From Mytilus trossulus (Eukaryota), in the NCBI RefSeq assembly GCF_036588685.1, contig NC_086373.1, positions 47,492,001 to 47,556,000 of the forward strand: a DNA stretch of 64,000 nucleotides, given 5' to 3'. Shown in pieces: positions 15,523-28,978 of this stretch. The position numbers and the translations under genes were made by a program. The notes beneath the pieces are model-generated. The model was not told the origin of the DNA. It did not search any database and worked only from the letters and a program-made list of their open reading frames with translations. How positions within the stretch are numbered: position 1 is the first letter of the stretch; every line of letters starts with the position of its first letter.

Positions 15523-17514
15523 TCAAATTATTGTCTAGTGTAAATACGATTAATCTTTTATTTAAATTAAGGCACTGGTATACGCGTATGTAAATAGTCC
15601 TTCGTGGAATTTCTGCTTGCGGATGTAACTAATAAGTAACCTAATTGAAGTACAAGTTGAACTGTTCTTATATCAAATTTCTGAGTATACTTTTGACGGA
15701 CGTGTTTCAAAAAAGACACTATTTTGGGTTATTAGTGTGTATAGTTGGATTGCAGTCGCATTAACATACACTCATATCTCATTTTATTTACTTCAACCAA
15801 ATGCAATTTGGTGACAGTCCATCCTTGAATATTCATAGGGGAGACAACTGATAAAAGATTTCGATCCTGAATGACACTGAATGACAGCTAGCGCATGAAA
15901 ATTAAATAGCCTGGCATATTTTAAACACAAAATTACATATCGTTCTATACTGCATTAACAGAACGCTGTGACCTATTTTCAGTTTCTTTTTCTGTTTATT
16001 TATTTGTAATATTTCACGATAAAAGCAGAGTTTACCCGAGAAATACTTTTGTGTAGGTACATTGATGTCAGTGGTTTATATAATTATCTACGGAAACATT
16101 TAGGCGTCATTGAACAAAATTGTAGAATCTAGTTGTTTTGATCTTGTATATCTCAAACAGCTGTTTCATTATGTAGACGAAGATTTGGACCCCGATCCCT
16201 AATCCTGAAAAACAGTTAAATATGTTGAGTAAATAATAAAGTGTATGAAAATTTTGCTGCTTTTAAAATGCTTTAAGTATTTAAACTTCAATATTTGTTC
16301 ATTTTTTACAAAAACAAAAACATGTATATGGATGCAAGCTATATGATGATTGGAAAACAAGAAACTAATTAATTAAGGGATTTTCAATCTAATTTTATTT
16401 TTTATTTTTTTGGGGGGGTGGAGGGGGAGGATGAAAAATCGTGTCTGCATCTTTTTTTACTTGTAATCTCTGTCCTGTCTTATTATTTTTCAGTCTATTT
16501 CAGTCCTGTCATTATTTTATTAGTTTATCTCGATTTTTTTTTTTAAATTGTCATCCTTCCTTTTTTTGGCAAAGCTGCTTATCCTGCCTTTTTTTTTTTA
16601 CTCAAAAATCTTATCCGGCATTTAATTAATTTCTTCCCTACCCCTAAAAATCGAATGGTAGCTGGCGTTTTTTTGTTATTATTTTTTATTTATTTTTTTA
16701 AATTTTGAAACTTTTTATATTGGCTGGGAAATGAGGAATGCTATTAAACACAATTTTTTATCTTACTTGTATGCATAACAATTATTATAAAATTGATACC
16801 ATACCTCCTGAGTTGCATCTGAACTCACAGTAATGCATTTGCTTCAAGTTGACAACTTCAATAAATATGGAGATAAAGGACAGGAAATACATGTTGTTCT
16901 GTTGCTACTTTGTTGATTTGATAACTGCATGTAGTGTTTTTTTTTAATTAGTTTTTGTACACAATTACTTTTTAGTAATGTGACTTGGCTTTTATTGTTT
17001 CTTTCCATTAATACATACATACTGTTTTGAGCATTAAAGTCATAATAAACGAGTGACCAGTGAAAAATAATGTTATTCCACTTCTTGAACCAATGCATAC
17101 AAACATCATAAGCTTACTCTTCTGTGCACGATTTAATCATTTTTTTTGCATAAATTTCGTATAATCGTCAATTTTTTTTTCAATTGGTCAGTGTTGTGAA
17201 AATATGGCAGGTAATTGAAGTTCGTGTTTTGAAGCCGAAGTTTAACGATTGTCACCTGTTTGTCAACAATCAACAAGCATGGATATAGAGCACTTGTTTA
17301 ACATGTACATTCAGATAATAGTTTATTTCAAGGACATCCATGCGTATTGCGTTCACCGGATTTTTACGAGAGGGGTCACACGGAGGTAATTTTGAATATG
17401 GAAATATGTTGGAGAATTGCCTCCTGGAAGAAACAATGAAAATAAAAAAATTAAAGAATTTTCTTTAGAATAAAGTATATGTACATAAGTTTTATAATGA
17501 AAACTATCCATTGA

Positions 17515-17700
17515 GTTATAAAATCATAAAGTCACAAAAATACTGAACTCAGAGGAAAATCAAATCGGAAAGTCCCTACTCACATGGCAAAATCAAATGA
17601 CAAAACACATCAAAAACGAATGGACAACAACTGTCATATTCCTGACTTGGTACAGGCATTTTCAAATGTAGAAAATGGTGGATTAAACCTGGTTTTAAAT
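17515..17700. mobile_element. Short interspersed repeat, CCTGACTTGGTACAGG core family
   Basis: Similar to 2970-3075 (AAACACATCAA..GGA..ACAAC...ATATTCCTGACTTG.TA.AGGCATTTTC). Confidence 0.6.
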
Positions 17701-19285
17701 GTTTTCTTATAAAATGTCATTATGTTCTTGTCATGTGAATAAGTTTTACTAAATAAATCTTATATCAAAGAGAGATAAATCAGTGATATGCAATTGAAAT
17801 ACTAATCACAACTTAGATTATATCCCTTTCATATATCATCTAATGATCTTTTCATTTATTAGTGTTTAACAAAACATTCACTCCTAAAAAAACAAAATTA
17901 AATGTCATTTACAGGATTAAATGCAAGTTTAAACATTGGAAGAGCCTATGTCGACCTATTACTCATAAACTAATTATGATGGCTTGCATAATTTTTTCTT
18001 GCTTTTTGAAATAAGCATCCCTTAGAAATAGGTGCGTAATCATTCAAACCTTCCCAAGAATATTTTTTACACAAGTCAAAATATTTTGTATTAATATGCA
18101 CTTCCCATCAACAATTAAACAAACAATCACTACAACACTAGCAAACATTTAGGTTCCTATTGCATATAGCGAAAAAAGATATTGTGTAATAGCATTAACT
18201 AATGAACAGACATCTTGCTAGTATGATAAAACTAAAGGGAGTATGTCAACAAGAGTGAAGTTACAATTGAGTGGCACTCTATACTTTACATCTAGTAAGC
18301 AGACTTCACATCAGGTCTGAAGAGCAGGATGTTCTCATGTTGATCAGTGTGCATCTTCAACAATTCATCTTTTTAGAATCTAAAGAAATATTGGTGATTT
18401 CATTTATACACCAAAAAGAAAATGACGTCACAAATAATGACAAATTATTAGTTGATATTTAATGGTTTAGGACATTATTAGCCAATTCTAATGTTTTAGT
18501 ACATACACATTTGAAAACACTACCTAAAATGCAAATTATATTCTTAAACAGTGAATTGCCCTCACCAACATTATCTTAACATAGCTAATGTTTTTTGCTG
18601 TTTAAATGCTAAATATGGGTAAAATATTCATCATTTAAGACAAAATAAGGAGGTGACTGACACATTTTTCTATGTATCTTATTCGAAAATATTGTGTCTT
18701 GTTCAGTTTCTTGCTGATCATTTTTCAGCCTTCTTTACTTATTTTTAGATCTTGTCTTTCTGATAATTTTTGCTATCAAAGTTTCTCTCCATCATCTTTT
18801 TTTATATATTTTTTTTTAGTTAAGAAGTTGAAGTAATTTTTGTCCATGTTTGCACATGTTTTTAAAAAATTGTCATTTAGGCCAATAACTCTTAATATAA
18901 GGAGTCTACTAACGTTATTGTCCATGTTTACTTATTTGTAGATCCTAGCTATCTTGCTGATCATTTTCTGCCTTCTTTTTAAGATCATGCCTTGCTGATT
19001 AATTTTGCTATTAGAATTTCTCTCTCTATCAATTATCATTTTCAAGATAAGAAGGCAAAAATTAAAAAAAATTATAAACAAAATTATCATTCAAGGGCAA
19101 TAACTCCTATAAGTAGTCGACTCACTTTTGACCATGTTTAATATATGCAGATCCCATCTTGCCGATTATTTCTATTAAAGTTTCTCTAAATGAATGATAG
19201 TTTTTCAAGATAAAAATTTCAATGTGATTTACATCAAAATTTGAGGCTAGTATACAAAAGTTTTTAATTTTGGGTCAGGCTTTCC

Positions 19286-19476
19286 ATTTTTGACCTTGAT
19301 TTCTCGCCATAAATATGCAAAAAATTATTGCCATTGGATGTTAGCAAGCTGAAATGAATGAATCATTGCCATTGGATGTTAGCAAGCTGAAATGAATGAA
19401 TCATTCATTTCAGCTTGCTAACATCCAATGGCAATAATTTTTTGCATATTTATGGCGAGAAATCAAGGTCAAAAAT
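19286..19476. repeat. Long perfect palindrome with an internal 38-bp tandem duplication
   Basis: ATTTTTGACCTTGATTTCTCGCCATAAATATGC...GCATATTTATGGCGAGAAATCAAGGTCAAAAAT; the segment ATTGCCATTGGATGTTAGCAAGCTGAAATGAATGAATC occurs twice on the left arm. Confidence 0.9.
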
Positions 19477-20054
19477 TATTCTAGCATATGATGAATTCAT
19501 TTTGGTAAATTCTCAATTCAATTCAGCATATATGCTCTATTTATTTGAACATATACCGAATTTTAAGCATAAACATAAATATAAATGTTTTCACAGAATC
19601 AACTTGAAGGTTATAAATATCTACATAATATTTCAATTTTCCCTAGTCAAGGCACACATGTACTGAGTGTAAGTCCAAATGTCAAACCTTATGATACAAA
19701 TGTATGAAATGTCTTTCCTTGATTTTAAGGGGCATAACTATTGAATGGTATATTAGACAACTTCGGGTCATGTTTTTGCAAATTTCAAATATAAAATCAA
19801 GTTTCTTTTGTATTTTATACAGGTTATTCTGTTACAGAATAAACAAGTATGGTGTAAAAACAGTATGAACATTGCACTATGTGTAGTTTCTTTCTACACT
19901 GTCATAAACTAAAAAGTCAATCCTGGAATCACTTACAACAAAGTATGTGTATATAATCTAAAGCCAGAAATAAAGAATATAATAGACATCCTCATAAACA
20001 GGTCACTTAAAATATCTAGACCTTTAAAAATCATATGTCATCTTCTTAGACCAC

Positions 20055-21822
20055 TTATTTGTTGATTTGACAAATATTATTTAAGCGTATAAATGCTTTT
20101 ATCAGTATGTCTCTGTCCACTTTCCGTAAGAAATCTTTGGGTTCTGAATAATATATTGTAGCTTCTGTTTGTTGTCTGAAAGTTTTGGACTTTGTCTTTA
20201 ATTCACTTAAATGGCTGCTAGTTATTTTCAACAGTGTAAATATAACCTAAAAATAGACATAAGTTTATTACAAAGAATTTAAAAGTTGGTTTGAGTAACT
20301 TATGTGTGTTAAACATAACAACACTACATTTATACATGTGCATAATTTAGTGTATGTTGTATAGAAGTATAATGGTTATCTAATCATCTGCAATCGTCAT
20401 TAAAAATAAATAAAATTCCATTTCATCAGAATATAAAATCAAAGAGCTGAAAGCTCTGAAGAAAAATGACGCCACTGTCTCTAATATTGGGATAGTTTTT
20501 ATGCAAGTCTTGATTTTCACATACATGTACCGTAATTAGTTTAACAATGCAACATGTATCGTGAGCATATAATTGATATTCGTATATGTGTGTATGTGTG
20601 AAGTGAAGGTGACAACTGGCTGGTTTTTTAAGACAAATGAATAGGTCAAGATAAGCTGAATTGTACAAATAAATACCGTAGAAAGGCTTGTATATTTCTC
20701 ACTAGTACATAGTCTGAATCTGGGTCCCTTCGCTTCCATTCACGTTTGCGCCCACTCATTTTCACCCCTTTCACTTTCACACCCTACATGTTCGCACCCA
20801 ATCTTAATTGGTTTTGTGTTTAATAACTCTGTAAGCAAGTGTTTTCTTATAAGTATAATTGTTGTCATTGTCTCAAAATAAAGTGAGACAGCAATAATTT
20901 TTTTTGTGTTGAATAAATCTTAATCATGTTTTGGATAAGGTATTGCTTAAAATAATAATAATCCTTTCTAAATAAAGTGGTATTTTGTCAACGTTTTATT
21001 TTGTGTTGAATAACTCTTAATCATGTTTTGGTTAGTGTATTGCTATAACTTGTTTCATTGACTTGTTTTCAAAATGAAGTGAGATTCTGACTATGTTTGT
21101 TTCTGCGTGTTGAATAAATTTTATCATGTTTTGGTTATATTAGTGGATTGCTATATTTTGGTTTCTATGTTTTATTGTTTCGTTGTTTCAGATCAATGGG
21201 ACCAAGCTGTTAAAAACAATTATCTTTTGTGATTTTTCCTTTAAAATCTTCAATGTTTTACTCATAGCAAGCTATAAATACATTCAGTATTTACACCAAA
21301 GCAATTTAAAACAACAACCATGATTTTCCAATTATTCAACTTGAATTTGAATTAAAATTGGGCGCGAATGAGTAGAGTGTGAATGTGCGAACGTGTAGGG
21401 TGCGAAAATGTATTGGGCACAAACAGACCTGATACCACACAGTCTGAACTCCCTTCTCCCACAAAATATTAAGTAAATAATCTTTTTTTTACTGCTATCA
21501 AAGGTCTAATGAAACTCAGATAGTTTCAAACATTTGTCAAAGAATTCTAGTCAAACTGGCACCTAGTTAAATTGGCACCTGGACAAATCAGCACCTGGTT
21601 AAAATCGACACCTGATATAGTCAATTCGTCACCCATGTTAAATATATATTTTTAACAGTATTTTAAGCAATATGGTAAAAAATAAGAAAGGGGTTGCCAG
21701 AATTTTTTTCAGTATTTAAGCAAAAAGAGTTAAATACTAACTTTCACATTTTTGGGTGTTCATGTACATTTTGTATATATTTATTTTTCTCAACTAATGA
21801 CTTTTTTGGTGTATTTTTAATG

Positions 21823-21853
<31 letters not shown>

Positions 21854-24800
21854 TAGTCCAAATAATTATTACGTCTGGCAAGGCTTTTTAAATTTTATTC
21901 TGGAACACCTTCCTATGACCGAAAAGGCTATGTTAATTTTTTTTCTGGGACGCCTTCCTACGAACGTCGTAGGAAGGCGTCCCAGAAAAATAATAAAATA
22001 GCCTTGCCAGACGTCATAATTATTTGGACTTATACATGAGATATTGTGTATTTTTCTGCATTATTTTAACCAGTTGAACATTTTACAGGATTGTTGGTTT
22101 AATGCTGTTTAAACTTTACTGAAAAACAAACACCTTAAATTTGCTAATTATTTGGCATGCAAGTTTGATTTATTGAAAGGGACTCATAGTTTTCCATTTT
22201 ATTTTAATAATTGACTTGTTTTTACAATTACACAAATTGTCTAATTGTTAAAACAACAGCTTTGGTAAGGGCTTCGTTGTTTACCTTTACACACTACATA
22301 TTCACTTTCGTTTCGTGGTTTACCAAAATACACAACAACATATTCACTATGTACTTGGTAACAGTAATTAATTAATTGAATAGAAAATATTATAACAAAT
22401 ATTATTGGATGCCGAATTGACGTCGAATAGGTGCTGATTTGACTAGATGCCAATTTAACCAGGTGCCGACTTGACTTGCACGTTTCAATTCCTCTGCGAT
22501 CGTTTGCAGTATTTTCTTGAGAAAACCTATTTTCCATCATCAAAGAGAACAAGGATTTGTATAGAAATACAAATCCTTGAAGAGAAGAAGAAACTGCTTT
22601 AAAATGATTCTGGAACGCTTCATGATTGTTAAAATAAGTTTAATTCACTCAAAAACAATTTTAAAACTTGCGATTAAACAGGAAGTTTCCAAAGCACGTG
22701 TAAAAGAAGAAATTAACCGGTGAGAGTGGAAATCCGTATATGACAGATATCCCTATAGTACGACTTTGAAAGTAAAACAGTTCAATCCTTTTCTAAAACA
22801 ATCTTTAATATACCTATCACATTAATGTTTGAAGGGTCTTAAGCTTATTCAAACCATATATTAAGTCGGTATGAAACACCAAAACGGAATGAACAATAAC
22901 CGATTACGTTTTGTAGTTTACAAATTCTAAAACTGGTTCCCGTCAAACTACAACACTTTGTTCGAGTGTAGTGTAATACAAGCAAAAACCAGTGTAAACT
23001 GGGTCCTGGCTGATTTAATACTACACAATGATGCATAATGATAACACAAGCAGATTCCAGTTTGTATGGAAAATAGGAAATACGAAACCAAGCGCGGTAG
23101 GCAGAGAAATGTAATGAAGTTCAGGTCGGCAGTTATGGAACAATGACTGCGTCATTTTCCAAAAAAACAATTGATAATTTCCTTTTTTAAATATCAAAAT
23201 GAAAAATTTGCATTTAAACACACTGTCAGCTGTTTAGGGTAACTGAAGTGAAATAGCTCGAGAGAATTTTTTTTACGTAACTGGAAGCAGTTAAAGGTTT
23301 CAATGAACAAGTAAAACTTTAATACTGTAATATATATATTACTGTTAACCAACTTATTTTCGCGGATACATTTTGTACTTTATTTCGCGTTTTGTTCTTT
23401 CTGATCCATTTCGTGGCAATTTAATTTCCCAATTCTAAAATTGTCTCAATGAATATAGATAAGGAAAAAACAAAGTTTTACATACTCGGGCCGATTTATA
23501 TTTGCTTTATTTTTCTACTCGCAAAAGTTAGTTGGTTTACAGTATTAAATTTTTTCTTTCTTCTAAAATTCAAATATAATCTAAGTATAGCATAAAAACT
23601 AATTTATACTCTTTAAATGTACTAAAAATTACCGTAAGAAAACCAAATAGCAAATACATGTATGTATTTTGATTGATTGACATAATAATATCTAGCAGAA
23701 GAAATATAATATATTTGGTAATTAACCTGTTAATAGATACCATAATCTGCAGTGACCTCATTGGCAAGCATACCGCATCTTATTGACATGCTGTGTCATA
23801 CGGTTATTTAGGATATTTGGCTGAAGTTATGATTTACAGATTATTAATAGCTATTAAATTTGAGAGGAAGTTCCTGAGCTACAATCTTATGGAAGTGCAA
23901 TAGCCCTTAGATGAGATGTAGCTTAGTAACTTACACCGATTATTAATGGTTTTTCAAACTAAGAGTATCACTATTTCGTCTATGCAATTTCAAAGACAAG
24001 GCTCATAGACTTATGCTGTCATATATTCTCTTTAAAAATAAAAAAATAAAAAACTAGCCATACCTCTGTTCCAATGCATATAATCCCTGGTAGGTACTTC
24101 AATATTCTCCCTTTGCTTAAAATACTGCCATAACTGTGTTCATTAATTAGCAGTTCACCACCATGTCGTCCCAGGATATTTCCATGAACTTTTTCAAATA
24201 TAGTTGATTCATGACTAACTTCAGATTGACTGTCATTTGAATGTTGTACATCTTTTGTTGGTGCTGTATTTGTCCATTTCTCTTGACTTAACTTTATCTG
24301 CTTCTCCTTTTGCACCTATGAAAGAAAGTGCATGCACATAGCTTTACCTTCAGACATGATAAAATTTTGACATGATAAAATTTTGAATATAGTTTCAAAG
24401 GGAATTCTTTGTCATTTTTGACAAATACTGTAAATTCAGAAATTATTGTGTGCATTTATTATTGTTATTTTGTCAAATTAGACTAAAATGAAATTTTTAT
24501 TTTTGTGATATTGAGAAAATCCTGTTTAATTCCATAATGTGTGTTGGAATTATTGCGATATAACCCTGTCGCATTTATCGCAATAATAATAACATCACAA
24601 TAATAATAACATCGCAATAATTATGGAATTTGCAGTACTCAAAATGTGTCAAAAGTATTTAATCATTTTTAATGTAGCAATTTTGTGTCACCTTTGGGTA
24701 TTTATAATAAGTTAACATGTTAATGAATGCACGCTATTACTGATTGTTACGACCTTGAAAGTATTGCGAGATGAAACCTTGGTACTGTGAACATGGTGAA

Positions 24801-27800
24801 GATTTAAAGACTTTTAGAAAAATGGCACTGGTATTAAAAGATGTCAGGGGATACTTATGACAACCGTTTTATGTATAGCATAAACTACATGTGGAATTAA
24901 CAGGCAATTTATAGTCAATGGTTTCTTAATAATTTTCCAAATAAACATGCAGATACTACTATCTGGATATCTTTCACAGCCAGTAAATCTTACTCTTATA
25001 AATACAGAATACAAAGATTTTTTTCTGGAGGAAAATATAATTACAGACAACACGGTCCCAGGATTAGGTGCCTACTTAATACAGATCTAGATTAATCCTG
25101 TCCCGAGTCAGGAATCTGAGGTTCAGTAGTTGTTGTTTGTTGATCAGTGTGGTTCATAAGTGTTTCTGGTTTCTTGTTTTTATATAGATTAGACTGTTGG
25201 TTTTCCCTTTTGAATGGTTTCACACTAGTCATTTTTAGGGCCCTTTATAGCCAAGGCTTCATGTTGAAGACCATACTTTGATCTATAATGGTTTACTTTT
25301 ACAAATTGTGACTTGGATAGAGAGTTGTCTCATTGGCACTCATACAACATCTTCTTATATCTAACCCAGACACATCATGTATGTATGTGTCTGTCCCAAG
25401 TCAAGAGCCTGTAATTCAGTGGTTGTTGTTCGATGCTATGTTACTTATTTGTTTTCCATTCATTCATTTTTACATAAATAAGCTTGTTAGTTTTCTTGTA
25501 TGAACTTTTTTACATTTGTCATTTTGGGGCCTTTCATAGCTGACTAGAGGGTATAGGCTTTGCTCATTTCTTCTTTTCATTTGGTCTCTTGTGAAGGCCT
25601 GTCTCATTGGCTATCATACCACATCTTCTTTTCATATTAAACTGTAACTATTTGGTATGGAATAAGGCATTAACCTGTGCAACTGACACTAAACATGCTG
25701 CTTCTTCTGCAAATGGAATAAGTCTATTCTTCCATGGAATAAGAACCACATGTGGTGATGAAGTCACTGGTACATTTCGAATTATCTTTTTACTTTTAAA
25801 AGCTGATCCTGGTCTATAAAAAAAAGAAATATTCTGATATAGAAATAATTGACATAGACGGATCCAGAGGGGGGGGGGGGGGGGGGGGGGGAATTTGGTT
25901 GATTATATAGGGAATCACTGGAAAGCATAAATGGAGCGGGCTGCCCCCCCTCCCCACCTTTTAAGTCAGTCAGCGGGTCCCCCCGCCCCCCTTAAGAAAA
26001 GTTCTTGATCCGCAACAATAAAGTATAGCTTGCATCAATTATTTTGATTCGTATAAGTGTAGTGCATTTGTGTAGGCTCTTCCATGAAACTCCCTTTTTA
26101 GATCACCAGGCCAAATAGGAAAAGAGCATATAAAAATAGAACAAGCAAAGCTTTAATAAAAGAATTTAAACAAAATTTGAATGGAGTCTGAATTAACGCC
26201 ATGCTTTATTATGTTATAAGCAAAGCTTAAATGTAGCCCCTTTCATCCTTTGGTAATATATTATATACATTGTATATATTTTCATGTATCTATATCTATA
26301 TATACTACATATAAGGATTGAATAAATTGTAAATGAATGTGAAAAAAAAGAAAATACAATTGCTTTTAGCACATTCATGGTAAAAAAAAATATAGATCTG
26401 TTTCCCGCCTCAATACCTAGTACATGTACCATAAATTTTTATGCCTTCATGTATTTAAACACTTTTTATGAATATTTTTTGTTTAAATACCATTTAACAT
26501 GTAAGAATTCAGACTTTTTTTTTATGAAGCACTGGTAATGACCAAACAAAATGCCAAAAAAGCCATCTCTCCACCACAGAACAAATGATGCAGAAGATTT
26601 GCAACTTTTATATGTTGTTTTAGTTTAGGGTGTTATTGATCATGTTGATCATGAGGTCTCTATGCATTACTTACACAGGCAAAATATGACACATGTTTGA
26701 AAATGCTTCCAAAATATTCACAAACATATCTACAGGAACTTCATTTTCTGCCAAACCATTGAGAAATGCAACCTGGCAAGATATCATCAGCTGTACTTTA
26801 ACAAGGAAGTCCTCAGCTCTTTGTACGGAAGTACTGCTGCAAAATAAACAAAAGGTTTCAATCACTTTGTGAAATTTTAAAGTTTTCCTAGAAAAAAATT
26901 GTTGTCATTTGTTAAGTTTCTTTTATTACCTATTCTGACATACATGTAGGACTCCGACTTCTTTTAAACCAATGTTACTATGCATATTACTGTGTGTTTG
27001 TTTTTCTACATTTGCTAGAGGTATAGGGGAGCGTTGAGATATCAAAATACATGTTCAACCCAGCCGCATTTTTGAGCCTGTCCCGACTCCCAAGTCAGGA
27101 GCTTCTGGCTTTTCTTAGTTTTGTATGATTTTTAATTATAGTTCATTTATCTATTTCTGAGATTAGAATGACATCCATTATCGTTGAACTAGAACACATT
27201 TTTGTTTAGGAGCCAGCTGAAGCACGTGTCTGGGTGTGGCAGGGGCGGATCCAGCCATTTTAAAAAGGGGGGTTCCCAACCCAGGATGAGGGGGTTCCAA
27301 CCATATGTCCCCATTCAAATGCATTGATATGCCAAAAAATGGGGGGCTCCAACCCCCTTGACCCCCCCCCCTGGATCCGCCAATGTGTGGGATTTTCTCA
27401 CTGTATTAAAGACCCATTGGTGGCCATGGGCTGTTTTCTGCTCTTTGGTCAGGTTATTGACTCTTTGACACAATCCCCATTTCCTTTCTCAATTTTATCA
27501 AAAACATCACTGATGTATTATTGGCTTGCAAGGTCAATCATTTAACTCATTTGAATCTGTATAACAGGAACTTCAATTTCACCCTTAACTCCTTAACTAT
27601 GTTAACTGGGATAGGTTGCACATGAGCAAAATAACTTTAGGTATTACATTTTACATGCACATAAACAGGAAAAAAATGTCAATATTGAAAATTAAAACAA
27701 CGCAGCCAATTAGTGGGAAGAACCCTTTCATTGACTCATTCTGCTAGTAAAAAATATTTTAATACAGATAAAACAATCATTTACATATTTTTTAAATCTA

Positions 27801-28978
27801 TAATGACTTGAAATCAATGATGTAGAAAAATTGTCATAAATTTGTATGTACAGTTATATGTATTTGATTGCATGTGTTTTTACATATAAAAATATGTGCA
27901 AGATCATTTGTCTTGTTTGTATTTTTGTAAAAACACAAAAAAGACAAAAACAAGTTTGATTCTTTCTATCAATAGCAAATTCAGGAAAAGGATTAGCACA
28001 GGCCCAGTATAGCCAATGCTCATAAATTTTGGTTGGGCCCCTCAAACTTATATGAAAATGCCCATAGAGCTTATCTTAATTTTCATATTGTGGCAGGTTG
28101 GTCCCCTAGTCAGAAAAGGTTAGTCTTATTCCCTGCAAAAAGACTGCAAATGATAGCAGACAAGTTTTATTGTTTTGAAAGGCATCTACATGTATCTATA
28201 TCTTTCTTTACATGTATATGATTAATATTCATTGGCGGATCCAGAGGGGGATTCTGTAGGGTTGGAACCACTGTTAGGCACTTGTTTCTATCAATAGGAA
28301 GGTTGATTATCCATATAAATAGAAATGGATAGGTGACCTTCCTATGGATAGAAACAAGTGCCTGTGGTTGGAACCCCCTTTATTTTTGGACGATCAATGC
28401 ATTTGAATGGGGACATATGGTTGGACCCCCCCCCCTTTTCTATCCTGGGTTGGCAACCCCCTTTTTAAAAATGGCTGGATCCGCCCCTGTAATTGTAAAA
28501 GTATGTGAATAATAATAAACCTTAAATTTTCAATATCATTCTCCAGATCTGGAAAAAATATGTCTCCATCAGCATTTTGAACAATATCTGCTTCATCTTC
28601 CATAACTTCAGCTATAGAAGAATTAAATGTTATATGTTCCTGCAATCTTTCCATATCAAACTTTTGATCGTCGGTCAATGGTCCAAAAATATCAATGTCT
28701 TCATAAATCATGTTCAATATGTCCATAGGTGATGGATGGTAGACTTCATTATAAGATATGCCCAACGATTTCAAAAAATCAACATCCCAATCAGAGGTGG
28801 AGGGTGACAGTGAATGCATTGTTTTGTTCGAAGAGTCTGATTCACTCGATCTTGCTGAACGTACACGTCTTTTAGTCCTACGTTTACGTTTTGATGCGCT
28901 CTCTAGTTGTGTTAGGAAGTAAGACGAGTCTGACTCACTTATTGAAACTGATATGTCTGAGCTAGCTTCAGCTTGCAT
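20055..28978 (-). CDS. Uncharacterised 400-aa protein, 5 coding exons; Ser-rich/basic N-terminus and possible degenerate PD-(D/E)xK-fold C-terminal domain
   Basis: Exons 28978-28521, 26836-26675, 25813-25675, 24315-24064 and 20246-20055. All introns are GT-AG with compatible phases (2,2,0,0), giving 1203 nt with no internal stop, ending ..ATIYYSEPKDFLRKVDRDILIKAFIRLNNICQINK*. The fold assignment is inference. Confidence 0.85.
20720..21436. mobile_element. MITE/foldback remnant with subterminal TTCGCACCC-like repeats in inverted orientation
   Basis: Left-end repeats TTCACCC/TTCGCACCC and right-end repeats GGGTGCGAA/GGGCGCGAA around an AT-rich interior. Confidence 0.6.
21545..22485. mobile_element. 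MITE/foldback element with 15-bp subterminal tandem repeats
   Basis: (AGTCAAA.TGGCACCT)n-like repeats at the left and the reverse complement (AGGTGCC.ATTTGACT)n at the right. Confidence 0.7.
21855..22030. mobile_element. Nested palindromic MITE next to a (TA)n microsatellite
   Basis: AGTCCAAATAATTA..ACGTCTGGCAAGGCT / AGCCTTGCCAGACGT..TAATTATTTGGACT, with a central hairpin TCTGGGACGCCTTCCTACGA..TCGTAGGAAGGCGTCCCAGA. Confidence 0.75.
23340..23544. mobile_element. TA-flanked MITE
   Basis: TIRs TACTGTTAACCAACT / AGTTGGTTTACAGTA. Confidence 0.65.
24426..24637. mobile_element. TA-flanked MITE (related TACTGTAAA termini)
   Basis: TIRs TACTGTAAATTCAGAAATTATTG / CAATAATTATGGAATTTGCAGTA. Confidence 0.6.
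25095..25640. mobile_element. Two adjacent SINE-like interspersed repeats
   Basis: Both start CTGTCCC.AGTCA.GA..CTG...TTCAGT.GTTGTT and end GTCTCATTGGC..TCATAC.ACATCTTCTT. A reverse copy of the end is at about 63690-63712. Confidence 0.55.
27240..27385. mobile_element. GC-rich MITE of about 145 bp (GGCGGATCCAG family); other copies at about 25857-26013, 28230-28489 and 57237-57388
   Basis: TIRs CAGGGGCGGATCCAG / CTGGATCCGCCAATG; 5-bp direct repeat TGTGG on both flanks of this copy. Confidence 0.8.
28269..28366. mobile_element. Small hairpin MITE with 8-bp TSD nested in the GC-rich MITE
   Basis: AGGCACTTGTTTCTATC..GATAGAAACAAGTGCCTGTG; GTTGGAAC is duplicated at 28261-28268 and 28367-28374. 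Confidence 0.75.

Noticed and set aside
16805-16900. Possible minus-strand exon ending in GAG|GTATGG
   Set aside because: No recognisable coding similarity or clear acceptor. It could be a GLOD5 5' UTR exon, but this is unsupported.
28394-28520. C-terminal part of the 194-aa ORF (RFIIIH...PIQMH)
   Set aside because: Read-through past the splice donor at 28520 into intron and MITE sequence.
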